From: a bacterium
GTDB lineage: Bacteria; Patescibacteriota; Minisyncoccia; UBA6257; JAGOQP01
DNA: 44,189 nucleotides
Direction: 5' to 3'
NCBI GenBank assembly: GCA_021814445.1
Contig: JAKAIF010000003.1
Coordinates: 1-44,189, forward strand
Position 1 is the stretch's first letter. Each line of letters begins with the position of its first letter. Made by a program: the position numbers and the translations under genes. Below the pieces are notes generated by a model. The model saw only the letters and a list, made by a program, of their open reading frames with translations, was not told the origin of the DNA and did no database searches. Below, piece by piece: positions 10,005-18,838 of the stretch.

Positions 10005-11918
10005 TTATTTTGGAAGTACTCGGTAGTATCCTTCAGGCAATTTTTCATCTTGCAATTGACGCGAGGTAATACCTTTTACTGAAGTGCTTATTTGTTTTTG
10101 AGACACCACCTCTGTGGACGTGATGCGCGCATCTGAGATAATTTCAAAGGTGCTCCCGCTATTTTGAGTTGAGGGAGTAAAGGTGACTTGAAACACTGCT
10201 TCGGGAGTGGTAGATGCCATACTCGTTGCGGTGAGTAAAGGAATACTCCATACAATTTCTTGTGTGCGCGTATTATAGGTGGGGACCACATCTGTGCCCG
10301 ACACCTTTAACTTTCCCGTCCACGAAACTCCCGGAGAAAGAGTTGCGCGCACCGTTGAATTACTAAAATCTCCCATGCCATCTAATTTCCAATGCAGAGT
10401 GTATTGAATAGGAGAACCCACACGCGGAGGAAGTGATCCATTATTGGTAATATCAGAGAGCGGTTCTTTAAAATATGCTTGTTGAGAAAATCCAAGCGCA
10501 CCTCCTAATTTTGATTCAACCTGGCTCACCCCAATTGTTTCCTTTGCGCTTACGAGTGGAGATACGGTAGGAGAAGTCACCTGCGCGCGAATGCGAATAT
10601 TTTTTTGTTGTAAAATATCTTGTGTCTGTATATTTTTCAACATGATTGAAAATGGAATGGAGAATGCGGTATGAGGGGTAATTGCCTTTAATGCCTCAAC
10701 TTGTGCCGCCGTCCACGTATAGAGCTTTGTTCCTTCGTCAAAAGATCCGGTTCCTTGTATGGAGGGTATATCAAACAGAGAATTATCCAATGTTATTTGA
10801 GCAATAGCATCAACGAGAGGAATGTCGCCCGTGTTTTCAATTCGTATTTGATAGGAAATACGATTACCCGCATAGACCACATCAGGTGTAGTTGCTCTAT
10901 CTCGCGTTATGGTCACCGCGAGCGGCGAAGGAAGAATAGAAATTGAAATTGTTTTGCTCATCAATGGGACGATGATACCTCCTATTTGTGCCCGCGCATC
11001 TACTTGAGTAGTAAAGTAAGAATATTCATCTCCCACCATATATCCCGACACGGTTATCATTCCTTCTCCATGAGCTGGAATAGTTTGTATAGACACTGTG
11101 GTATCTTTCCCAAGCGGAACACTGCTTCCTGTTATTATAAATCCTTTCGGAAGAGTAAAGGCAATAGTGGTGCTGGCAAGATCATGATCGCTCGTGTTTT
11201 GATACCGAGTGTTGATATCAAATTCTTCTCCATTTATTGTTTTTTCCGGAGCGGTCACCTCTAACCCTAACACCGTATCCATCGCCACCAAAGAGGTAGA
11301 AACACCCTTATCAAAACGGCTCGCAAGAGATGCAGACTCATATCCATACGAAACACTTCCATCTAGTTCATACGCCTGTTGTGACTTCCCTACCACCAAG
11401 AGCGCATATTCCATTTGGATTGTTTCTTGTGGATTCACATCGTGGATATCTGCTTCTTGAGTTCGTTTGTCTGGGGAGTCTACAAACACCACCCCCTCGG
11501 GAAGTGCAAGTGAAATTTTAGGAGCAATAAGTTTTTTCGTGGAAATATTTTCAAACGACAACTTCGCGGTGAACGGCTCTCCCACAGAAATTTTTTCTGG
11601 GGTAGCAATAGAAAGCACAATATCCTTTGTGGTGAAATATTGATAGAGATAATACCCCGCAAATCCCATGAGAACCAGCAACACAATAATTCCTCCCAAT
11701 AGAATCCCCCGCCCCATCACTCCCGTTTTTTGTGTCGAATTTGTGTGTGGCGCGTTCGTATCACGTGATAACGTTGTTTGTGCTCCTCCGGTTCCCCACG
11801 GATCAAACCGCGAAGGGTTGCTTGTGGGCGTCTCTTTGTTTTGTGAAACAGGGTTTGGTGTAGAGGTATGCGTTGGACGCTGACCATATAATTCTTTTTC
11901 AAGATCTTCTAGGGACAT
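10005..11918 (-). CDS. Membrane-anchored surface protein with tandem Ig-like/DUF11-like beta domains
   Basis: Disordered N-terminus, one TM helix, repeated beta modules of the G....Y.I...N.G type. Confidence 0.7.
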   Translation of the reverse strand: MSLEDLEKELYGQRPTHTSTPNPVSQNKETPTSNPSRFDPWGTGGAQTTLSRDTNAPHTNSTQKTGVMGRGILLGGIIVLLVLMGFAGYYLYQYFTTKDIVLSIATPEKISVGEPFTAKLSFENISTKKLIAPKISLALPEGVVFVDSPDKRTQEADIHDVNPQETIQMEYALLVVGKSQQAYELDGSVSYGYESASLASRFDKGVSTSLVAMDTVLGLEVTAPEKTINGEEFDINTRYQNTSDHDLASTTIAFTLPKGFIITGSSVPLGKDTTVSIQTIPAHGEGMITVSGYMVGDEYSYFTTQVDARAQIGGIIVPLMSKTISISILPSPLAVTITRDRATTPDVVYAGNRISYQIRIENTGDIPLVDAIAQITLDNSLFDIPSIQGTGSFDEGTKLYTWTAAQVEALKAITPHTAFSIPFSIMLKNIQTQDILQQKNIRIRAQVTSPTVSPLVSAKETIGVSQVESKLGGALGFSQQAYFKEPLSDITNNGSLPPRVGSPIQYTLHWKLDGMGDFSNSTVRATLSPGVSWTGKLKVSGTDVVPTYNTRTQEIVWSIPLLTATSMASTTPEAVFQVTFTPSTQNSGSTFEIISDARITSTEVVSQKQISTSVKGITSRQLQDEKLPEGYYRVLPK

Positions 11919-11928
11919 GGTGTAAGAT

Positions 11929-12023
11929 AATTTTAAATTTCTAATTTTAAATTTTTATTCTTGTAGATAATAAAATAATTCTTTAGACATTTAATAGAAA
12001 TTAGAAATTAAGAATTAAAAATT
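11929..12023. repeat. Heptamer-repeat inverted element, copy 2
   Basis: Left arm AATTTTA-AATTTCT-AATTTTA-AATTTTT; right arm identical to 4030-4062. Confidence 0.8.
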
Positions 12024-12028
12024 ACCAT

Positions 12029-12577
12029 CTATATCTCTAATACTAACGCATCCGTGGGTAATTGAGAAGTACATGATGCACATATAAAGCGATCACTTCC
12101 AACCACAAATCCATGCACGGGTTTTTTTCCACACACCCCACACGTCGCGTGTTCTGGATTAAATCCCAAAATATGCAACATCACGCGTGCAACATCATGA
12201 CCCGCATACGGTTCTTTACATGCTGTTTCTAAAAGAGTCCACAACTGTGATTCAACTTGAGCCTCTCCGAGAAGCGCATCCAGTGCACGAACAATAGGAA
12301 GGAGCACTCCGCGGGTCTGAGGTGATACTTGTGGTATATCTTCATCCCACAATACATCCATAATAATAAATCCTCCTCCTTTTTTTGATGATACAAAACG
12401 TATCTGCACAAACTGAAGGAGCTGGAGATGAGCCGAGGATTTTGAGGTTATTTTCCGTAGACTTCGAGCCCGAGCCACTACTTTTCCATACTTCTCTGTA
12501 AAAAGATGAATAATACTATCCATTTCACCCACCTCCTCTCTCCCTATCACAATCGCTCGGCTATAAAATTCAGTCAT
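12029..12577 (-). CDS. recO: DNA repair protein RecO
   Basis: GEMDSIIHLFTEKYGKV...ARSLRKITSK OB-fold N-terminus; C-terminal CxxC...CxxC. Start ATG 12577. Confidence 0.9.
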   Translation of the reverse strand: MTEFYSRAIVIGREEVGEMDSIIHLFTEKYGKVVARARSLRKITSKSSAHLQLLQFVQIRFVSSKKGGGFIIMDVLWDEDIPQVSPQTRGVLLPIVRALDALLGEAQVESQLWTLLETACKEPYAGHDVARVMLHILGFNPEHATCGVCGKKPVHGFVVGSDRFICASCTSQLPTDALVLEI

Positions 12578-12708
12578 AATACACCCATTATACCCTAAAA
12601 TGGGGACAAGTGAAACTAGTACCAATTAGAATAATGGCTTATTTCCTTATCTATTGTCATATTTCTCTCTTTTTGGGTATAACGGGCCAAAACACTACCC
12701 GGCAAAAC

Positions 12709-12762
12709 TTATCCACAGCCACCCCGTCTCGTCCTTGACTTCCTGACAAAGGGGACTATAAT
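12709..12762 (+). promoter_or_regulatory. Sigma70 promoter preceded by a perfect DnaA box
   Basis: TTATCCACA 12709-12717; TTGACT 12735-12740, 16-bp spacer, TATAAT 12757-12762. Confidence 0.7.
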
Positions 12763-12934
12763 TGTAATACAGTTCCGCAGAGGCGGAATTTTGCGTTATA
12801 TAGAGCCTTTTAAAGAGGCTTTCTATAACTCCCCAGATTGAAAAACATCAAAATAGTGGCTTAATATGTGACGAAAAATACACAGGCCCCTATCACCATG
12901 TGTCGCAATCTGAAACTATACTAACTATACATAT

Positions 12935-13468
12935 ATGGGTAAACGTCTCGCATTATTAGTTGCACTTATCGCTTCAATTACCACCTCTTTTGTAGGGCTT
13001 ACTTCGGGGAACGGAGGCGAAACAAGCGCATTGAATGAGTTATACGCACTTCATACACAAGCGCAGGGATTTTCTGCTATTACTGCCGCTCACATAAATC
13101 AGGTAGTACATAATGACGCAGTAATGGAAACACCAACTATCGTTGGACAAACCTTTGTGGCTCCTGTGGTAAAATCACAACCTTTGGATGTGTGGGTCAC
13201 CGCATATTCAAGTAGTCCTGATGAAACCGACGATACTCCATTCGTCACCGCATCAGGAAGCACCGTGCGTGATGGAGTTGCCGCCGCAAACTTTTTACCA
13301 ATCGGTTCAAAGTTTCGTATTCCAAAAATGTTCGGAGATAAAATCTTTACTGTTGAAGATCGCATGAATCCTCGATACGATGGAGTCCAAATCGTTGACG
13401 TGTGGATGGGTAGTAAAGAACAAGCAATTGATTTCGGAAAGCGCCCTCTTAAGATTGAGCTTCTGTAA
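12935..13468 (+). CDS. 3D (Asp-Asp-Asp) domain cell-wall protein
   Basis: Signal/TM N-terminus; VTAYSS..ETDDTPFVTASG, VEDRM, VDVWM. Confidence 0.9.
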   Translation: MGKRLALLVALIASITTSFVGLTSGNGGETSALNELYALHTQAQGFSAITAAHINQVVHNDAVMETPTIVGQTFVAPVVKSQPLDVWVTAYSSSPDETDDTPFVTASGSTVRDGVAAANFLPIGSKFRIPKMFGDKIFTVEDRMNPRYDGVQIVDVWMGSKEQAIDFGKRPLKIELL

Positions 13469-13485
13469 TATAAATTTCACCGACG

Positions 13486-13521
13486 AATACAAAACCCCCG
13501 CATGTGCGGGGGTTTTGTATT
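13486..13521. terminator. Bidirectional intrinsic terminator
   Basis: AATACAAAACCCCCGCA-TG-TGCGGGGGTTTTGTATT between convergent genes. Confidence 0.85.
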
Positions 13522-14806
13522 ATCTGGTTGCGTTATAAAGTGCCGTAATCTCTGATCTAGAAAGTACTCTATTATAAATACGAATATCATCCATTACATC
13601 ATTATATGCATACCCCGATTCTCTGTGAATAGCCACCACATGGTTGCTTATTGGAAGACTCCCAGAATATGAACCAGATGTAATTAATAATCCGTTTATA
13701 TATATGTATCCCGTCTTGGTATTGGAGTCGTGAACTCCCACTAGGTGATACCATGTATTTCTTGGAATGTTATTTACAAAATTTAAATAAAGAGGGGTCC
13801 CAGATCCCGAGAAAAATCTTCCTTCTGCCAACTGATACCCAGAAGTATACGTTGTTCCGATAAGTATCCCCGTCCAGTTCGCATCAATTCCTGTGGGGAC
13901 ATAAAACCAACCAGAAATAGAAAAATCTTTATTATCAATATCAAATAAATTAGTCGCGTTCGTTATCACAGACTTGTTGTTGGATCCAAATAATAAACAT
14001 CTCCCCACCTTACAATTAGATGGATCCTGCCAGGTTGGACTATTAATTAACGTCCCCGTATTCCCATTCCCACTAGAATCCATCGCTTGTGTCCCTGTTC
14101 CTTCATCAAACTTCCAGTAGCCGACGAGTCCTGTATCAGTGAGAGGACTTAAGGAGAGATTGGTTCCTTTTTCATAGGTATAGGAGGTATCTCCGCCATC
14201 ACTAGAGACTTTATCTGAGGATCCTCCCAGTCTATATTTGATAGATTCTAGAATACTGGTGAGTTCATAGGTTTGCGTTATAGGATTGGGGGTATAGGTA
14301 TAATACAGAGAAGTCGAAGAGGTATTCGAGGGATCTATCGGAAGCTTCGCCATAGATTGGATAGCTGAGGTGAAGTCTATAGGAAGCCAGCCTGAGCTAT
14401 TGATCAGGGTCGAAGAGGCTTGAGGCACACAACTATAGGTATAGCCAGACGGTAAGGAGGGAAGACCCAGGTTGGCACAAGTAGAGGAGGTATCCGGGAG
14501 AGAGACGTAGACGGTAGACGCCGTGCCTAAGGAGAGAGAGGGATTCTGTGTCAACAGAAGCTGTATGGTTTTATGGAGAGAAGCGAGATCCGTCATACGG
14601 GTACTATCTCTGCCTTGTTTTAAGAGTTCTGAGGGGTTTAACACGAGGACAACTGCGGCGGTGAGGATAGCGAGGATGCCGATGACAACTAATAATTCTA
14701 TCAGAGTAAATGATGCAGAGGATGCCGACTTGCCTCGCCATAGTGAACGGAGTGAACGAAGGCGGGTGAGGGTGAAGGAAGAACGATGGTTAACAAAAGA
14801 TTTCAT
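13520..14806 (-). CDS. Type IV prepilin-like protein with C-terminal LamG (concanavalin A-like) domain
   Basis: SFTLIELLVVIGILAIL methylation motif, RD..R..DL helix, LPIDP, GLVGYWKFDEGTG...DSSGNGNTG, WYHLV, MDDIRIYNRVLS. Start ATG 14806. Confidence 0.9.
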   Translation of the reverse strand: MKSFVNHRSSFTLTRLRSLRSLWRGKSASSASFTLIELLVVIGILAILTAAVVLVLNPSELLKQGRDSTRMTDLASLHKTIQLLLTQNPSLSLGTASTVYVSLPDTSSTCANLGLPSLPSGYTYSCVPQASSTLINSSGWLPIDFTSAIQSMAKLPIDPSNTSSTSLYYTYTPNPITQTYELTSILESIKYRLGGSSDKVSSDGGDTSYTYEKGTNLSLSPLTDTGLVGYWKFDEGTGTQAMDSSGNGNTGTLINSPTWQDPSNCKVGRCLLFGSNNKSVITNATNLFDIDNKDFSISGWFYVPTGIDANWTGILIGTTYTSGYQLAEGRFFSGSGTPLYLNFVNNIPRNTWYHLVGVHDSNTKTGYIYINGLLITSGSYSGSLPISNHVVAIHRESGYAYNDVMDDIRIYNRVLSRSEITALYNATR

Positions 14807-14888
14807 ATGTTGGTATATGCATATATAGTATACATTAAATAAGAATGAGGAGTAATACAGAAGAGAAGTTAAATTAAAGTTCTTCAGA

Positions 14889-14932
14889 ACAAAGCCAAAG
14901 TTTTTGACGATCGTCAAAAACTTTGGCTTTGT
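14889..14932. repeat. 44-bp perfect palindromic repeat
   Basis: ACAAAGCCAAAGTTTTTGACGATCGTCAAAAACTTTGGCTTTGT. Confidence 0.95.
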
Positions 14933-14959
14933 GAATATGCACGGACATCAAAAACAAAA

Positions 14960-14988
14960 CAGCAGCTCCTTCCTTGAGAGCTGCTGTC
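14960..14988 (-). terminator. Intrinsic terminator after pnp
   Basis: CAGCAGCTC/GAGCTGCTG stem followed by a U-rich tract on the minus strand. Confidence 0.7.
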
Positions 14989-15017
14989 TGTATAGTATAT
15001 CGTTTTTGTAATTATGT

Positions 15018-17189
15018 TTACAACTCTGGCTTTGCCGCATGTGGCGTGTGTGCCGCAGGAGTGGCTGGGCCCAGTGCTTTAATAGAAAGTCCAATCTTCC
15101 CTTCTTCAACTTTCACCACTTTTGCGGTTACCATTTGATGCATTTTCAGTACATCAGTAATCTTGTCCACAAATCCATTTTTCACTTCCGAAATATGAAT
15201 CATACCATCCTTTCCACCACCCAAATCTACAATGGCACCAAAGTCTAATAGTTTTATAACCTCTCCGCTCACTACTTCTCCCACCACAAATTCTTTCGTA
15301 AGTCCCTTAATATATTCCACGGCTGCTTGTACTTTTTCACGATCAGATCCAGCCACAAAGACTCCCCCATCGTCATCAATATCAATCGTTTCTAAACCAT
15401 ATTGCTCAATAATGCCATTGATCATTTTACCTCCCGCTCCAATCACCAATCCAATTTGATCTGGGTTAATTTGTAAAATACTAATAATAGGCGCAAATGG
15501 AGAAAGTTCTTTACGAGGAGCTGGGATCACATTTTGAATCACATCCAAAATTTTCATGCGAGCATCTCGCGCTTGACGAATTCCTTCTGCAAAAATCGCG
15601 GGAGTAATTCCTTGTATTTTTAAATCCATTTGAATTGCGGTGATGCCGTCTTTGGTTCCTGCAATTTTTAAATCCATATCACCGTAGTGATCTTCAAATC
15701 CTTGTAAGTCAGTAAATACCTTAAATTCATTTGAGGTGTGGGTAGGATTGTATCCTTGATGAGTTGCGAGTCCTAACGCAATACCAGCTACTGGTTTTTC
15801 AATGGGAACTCCCGCATCCATCAGTGATAACGTTGCCGCGCACACCGATGCCATAGACGATGATCCATTTGAAGAAACAATTTCTGATACCACGCGAATC
15901 GTATACGGAAATACTTCTTTTGTCGGAATCATGGCGCGTAACGCTTTTTCTGCCAATGCGCCGTGTCCCATCTCCCGACGTCCGGGTGCTCCCACACGTC
16001 CCACCTCTCCGGTCGCATAGGGAGGAAAATTATAATGCAACATAAACCGACGCTTGCTGGTGCTCTCAATGGTTTCCACTAATTGTTCTGCTCCGGGAGC
16101 AGCCAATGTGGTCACGGCTAATGATTGTGTTTGTCCGCGGAAAAACACCGCTGATCCATGTAATCTTTTTAAAAGACCAACTTCCGCATACAACGGACGA
16201 AGCTCATCTATTTTTCTTCCATCTGGCCTCTTTTCTTTTTCAAGAATATTTATATGAACCACCTCGTTGATAAGTTGTTCTAATATGCGATCAGCTCCGT
16301 CTTTGTCTTCAAATCCTAAACCCGTGAGATGCGCATACAATCCCTCTTTCACTTCTTTCATCTGCACGCCCCGTGTTTCTCCATCTTTCGCATACACCGC
16401 AGTCTGTAATTTATCATACGCAAACGAACGAACCGCTGTTGCGAGGGCGGCATCATCTTGCACCAAGGCAACTTCAGTTTTAGTTTTACCAACTTCTTTT
16501 ATAATGGTCTCCTGGAATGCCACAAGCTCTGTGATGTGTTTCTGAGCTTCTTCAAAAATAGTTTGTACCTGCGTATCAGGAATTTCTCGTCCTTCCAACT
16601 CAATCATATTTATTTTATTTGCAACTCCCGCAAAAAATGCTTCGCTTGTTCCTTTCTGAATAAGTAATTCTTGTACTTGCGTGCCTGTAGGATTTATCAC
16701 CATATCTTTACCGGTGTATGCCACACGCACCCCTGCCACAGGACCCGCCCACGGGATATCGGAAATAGAGAGCGCGGTTGAAGCGGTCAATAATGCAATA
16801 AAATCAGGGTCATTTTGCTCATCATAGGAAAGCACGGTAATAACCACCTGTACATCGCGACGCAATCGCTCATTAAATAACGGGCGAATGGTTCTGTCTA
16901 TTAAACGTCCCGAAAGGATTCCATCAAGCGACGGACGTCCTTCACGACGCATAAATCTGCTTCCTAAAATTTTTCCTGCAGCATAAAACCGTTCTTCGTA
17001 ATCAACAGTGAGAGGAAAAAAATCAATTGCCCGATCCTCCTTTCCCATTACGGTGGTTACTAATACGGTGGTGTCTCCATATTGACCAATCACTGCCGCA
17101 TTTGCTTGTCCCGCTAAATCAGAAACCGTCATGGTGATGTCGCGACCGAAGAATGGGATACTAAATTCTTTTTTATTTTTTAGGTTCAT
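15018..17189 (-). CDS. pnp: Polyribonucleotide nucleotidyltransferase
   Basis: FFPLTVDYEER, RLIDRTIRPLF, HYNFPPYATGE, SNGSSSMASVC, GDMDLK, KH and S1 domains. Start ATG 17189. Confidence 0.98.
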   Translation of the reverse strand: MNLKNKKEFSIPFFGRDITMTVSDLAGQANAAVIGQYGDTTVLVTTVMGKEDRAIDFFPLTVDYEERFYAAGKILGSRFMRREGRPSLDGILSGRLIDRTIRPLFNERLRRDVQVVITVLSYDEQNDPDFIALLTASTALSISDIPWAGPVAGVRVAYTGKDMVINPTGTQVQELLIQKGTSEAFFAGVANKINMIELEGREIPDTQVQTIFEEAQKHITELVAFQETIIKEVGKTKTEVALVQDDAALATAVRSFAYDKLQTAVYAKDGETRGVQMKEVKEGLYAHLTGLGFEDKDGADRILEQLINEVVHINILEKEKRPDGRKIDELRPLYAEVGLLKRLHGSAVFFRGQTQSLAVTTLAAPGAEQLVETIESTSKRRFMLHYNFPPYATGEVGRVGAPGRREMGHGALAEKALRAMIPTKEVFPYTIRVVSEIVSSNGSSSMASVCAATLSLMDAGVPIEKPVAGIALGLATHQGYNPTHTSNEFKVFTDLQGFEDHYGDMDLKIAGTKDGITAIQMDLKIQGITPAIFAEGIRQARDARMKILDVIQNVIPAPRKELSPFAPIISILQINPDQIGLVIGAGGKMINGIIEQYGLETIDIDDDGGVFVAGSDREKVQAAVEYIKGLTKEFVVGEVVSGEVIKLLDFGAIVDLGGGKDGMIHISEVKNGFVDKITDVLKMHQMVTAKVVKVEEGKIGLSIKALGPATPAAHTPHAAKPEL

Positions 17190-17715
17190 ATTTGTTTTTG
17201 TTTCTATGCGCACCGCCACGGATTAACAAGCGATTGCTTTCTTCTAAATTAATATACAAATCCGCTGATTCTTTGAGTTTTGAGGAGGTACTTCTGCCAA
17301 ACGACGCCACCTCCACATGGCATCCGTTGCCCCATTTGAGATATTCCACGAGTGGCACAAAATCGCCATCGCCCGTGACTAAAACCACCACATCAAGCGA
17401 CTGAGCCATACGGATTGCATCAACGGCCAATCCCACATCCCAATCTGCTTTTTTACTTCCATCCACAAATATCTGTAGGTCTTTAATACGAAGTTCAATT
17501 CCCGCTTTTTCCAATGCATCAAAAAACGACTGCTCGCCCAGCGAGGTGTCGCTTTTTACTACATAGCCAATAGCCCGAATAAGTTTTCTATCCCCCAGTA
17601 CTTCTTTTAATAATGCCGCAAAATTTACCCGCGCCTTATACAAATTCTTGGCGGAGTGATATAAATTTTGGATATCAATGAATACACCGACCCGTTGGTC
17701 GCGGTTATAGAGCAT
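17173..17715 (-). CDS. NYN domain (LabA/DUF88, PIN-like) protein
   Basis: VFIDIQNLY, KKADWDVGLAVD, VTGDGDFVPLV. Confidence 0.92.
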   Translation of the reverse strand: MLYNRDQRVGVFIDIQNLYHSAKNLYKARVNFAALLKEVLGDRKLIRAIGYVVKSDTSLGEQSFFDALEKAGIELRIKDLQIFVDGSKKADWDVGLAVDAIRMAQSLDVVVLVTGDGDFVPLVEYLKWGNGCHVEVASFGRSTSSKLKESADLYINLEESNRLLIRGGAHRNKNKYEPKK

Positions 17716-17718
17716 GGC

Positions 17719-17985
17719 TTATTTTTTGAGCCCCAGTTTTTTGATCAATTTACCGTATGCTTTCTCATCAGTACGCGCTAAAAAGTCAAGTAATTTGCGG
17801 CGTTTTGAGACCATCTTCAAAAGTCCTCGGCGAGAACTATTGTCTTTCTGATTTTTTTTGAGATGGCTGGTAAGTTCTTCTATGCCGCGTGACAAAAGAC
17901 CAATCTGCACTTCTGCTGAACCGGTATCTGTGTCATGTTTCTGGATCTCTTTTATAACATTTTGCTTTTTTCGAGTAGTCAACAT
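17719..17985 (-). CDS. rpsO: 30S ribosomal protein S15
   Basis: DTGSAEVQI, HLK..KD.SSRRGLLKMVSKRRKLL. Confidence 0.98.
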   Translation of the reverse strand: MLTTRKKQNVIKEIQKHDTDTGSAEVQIGLLSRGIEELTSHLKKNQKDNSSRRGLLKMVSKRRKLLDFLARTDEKAYGKLIKKLGLKK

Positions 17986-17993
17986 ATGTGAGT

Positions 17994-18022
17994 AGTGTAC
18001 CGTAAAGAGAGCTAAAAGTCAA
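17994..18022 (-). promoter_or_regulatory. Sigma70 promoter of the rpsO operon (near-leaderless)
   Basis: TTGACT-17 bp-TACACT, 8 nt upstream of the ATG. Confidence 0.75.
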
Positions 18023-18089
18023 TATAATTATACCGCATATAATAAATGTCCCCGCTTGCAACGGGGACGGAAAAAAACAAAAAACAAAA

Positions 18090-18635
18090 CTAAATAGCCT
18101 GAAATATCATCCTATCTTTTGGGCCCATGGGATCATTAAGGGATATCTCTTTAGGGATCCAATTCTCCCCGTTATATACCATACAAGTGAGAATGTCTTG
18201 ATTCTTGAAGTATGTACCAGTGGCTATATAACGAAATTCCTTGTTCCATGAATTAATAAGATATTGATAGAGACAGAAAAAATGTGCATGATACCATCCG
18301 TATGCGAGACAAGGAACGTCCTCTGGAACTTTTCCTATAAGTATTCGTATAGGACTTGTCCTATATTCTTCGGGGAAATCATTAATGGATATAAGGTGAA
18401 TTTTAGATTCATCAAATACTTTCAGCCCACTATACCATGAATCATACGCAATGTTCTCTTCGCTTAATGGCCTTATAAATTCTATTGGACCAATTTCTAC
18501 CTTTCTGATTCCATCCAACCAACTCACAAACATCTTCAAGTTTTCTGGAGAGAAAAGACGTACTATCGTTGAGTCGTCTAATTCCGCCTCTTTAATTGAT
18601 TTAAAAATATGTTCCCCAAGAACCAGGCTTTTCAT
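18090..18635 (-). CDS. Hypothetical protein (181 aa)
   Basis: Long ORF with SD-like AAGGGAG and downstream hairpin GTCCCCG..CGGGGAC (18048-18068); no family recognised. Confidence 0.65.
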   Translation of the reverse strand: MKSLVLGEHIFKSIKEAELDDSTIVRLFSPENLKMFVSWLDGIRKVEIGPIEFIRPLSEENIAYDSWYSGLKVFDESKIHLISINDFPEEYRTSPIRILIGKVPEDVPCLAYGWYHAHFFCLYQYLINSWNKEFRYIATGTYFKNQDILTCMVYNGENWIPKEISLNDPMGPKDRMIFQAI

Positions 18636-18838
18636 AAAATTCTCCCTTTATTTATGACCTATTTTGTGAATTAAAATTCTAAGGCAAGACTAACTCTTTT
18701 CACCACACTTGTAAACTTACCCAACCTCTTTCTGTCGCACAATAATTGTGATAAAATTTATCACAATAGTATTAAGGGGTTTGTATTAAGTAGTAAGGAC
18801 TTTCCATAATACATAATACATACTACTTACTCCTTTTT

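Noticed and set aside
13520-14100. LamG tip as a diversity-generating retroelement target
   Set aside because: No reverse transcriptase or template repeat seen in the window; cannot be excluded genome-wide
14807-14917. N-terminal extension MTIVKNFGFV of the pilin ORF, and the same start in ORF 30377-30583
   Set aside because: Both are translations of the palindromic repeat from a TTG, not protein homology
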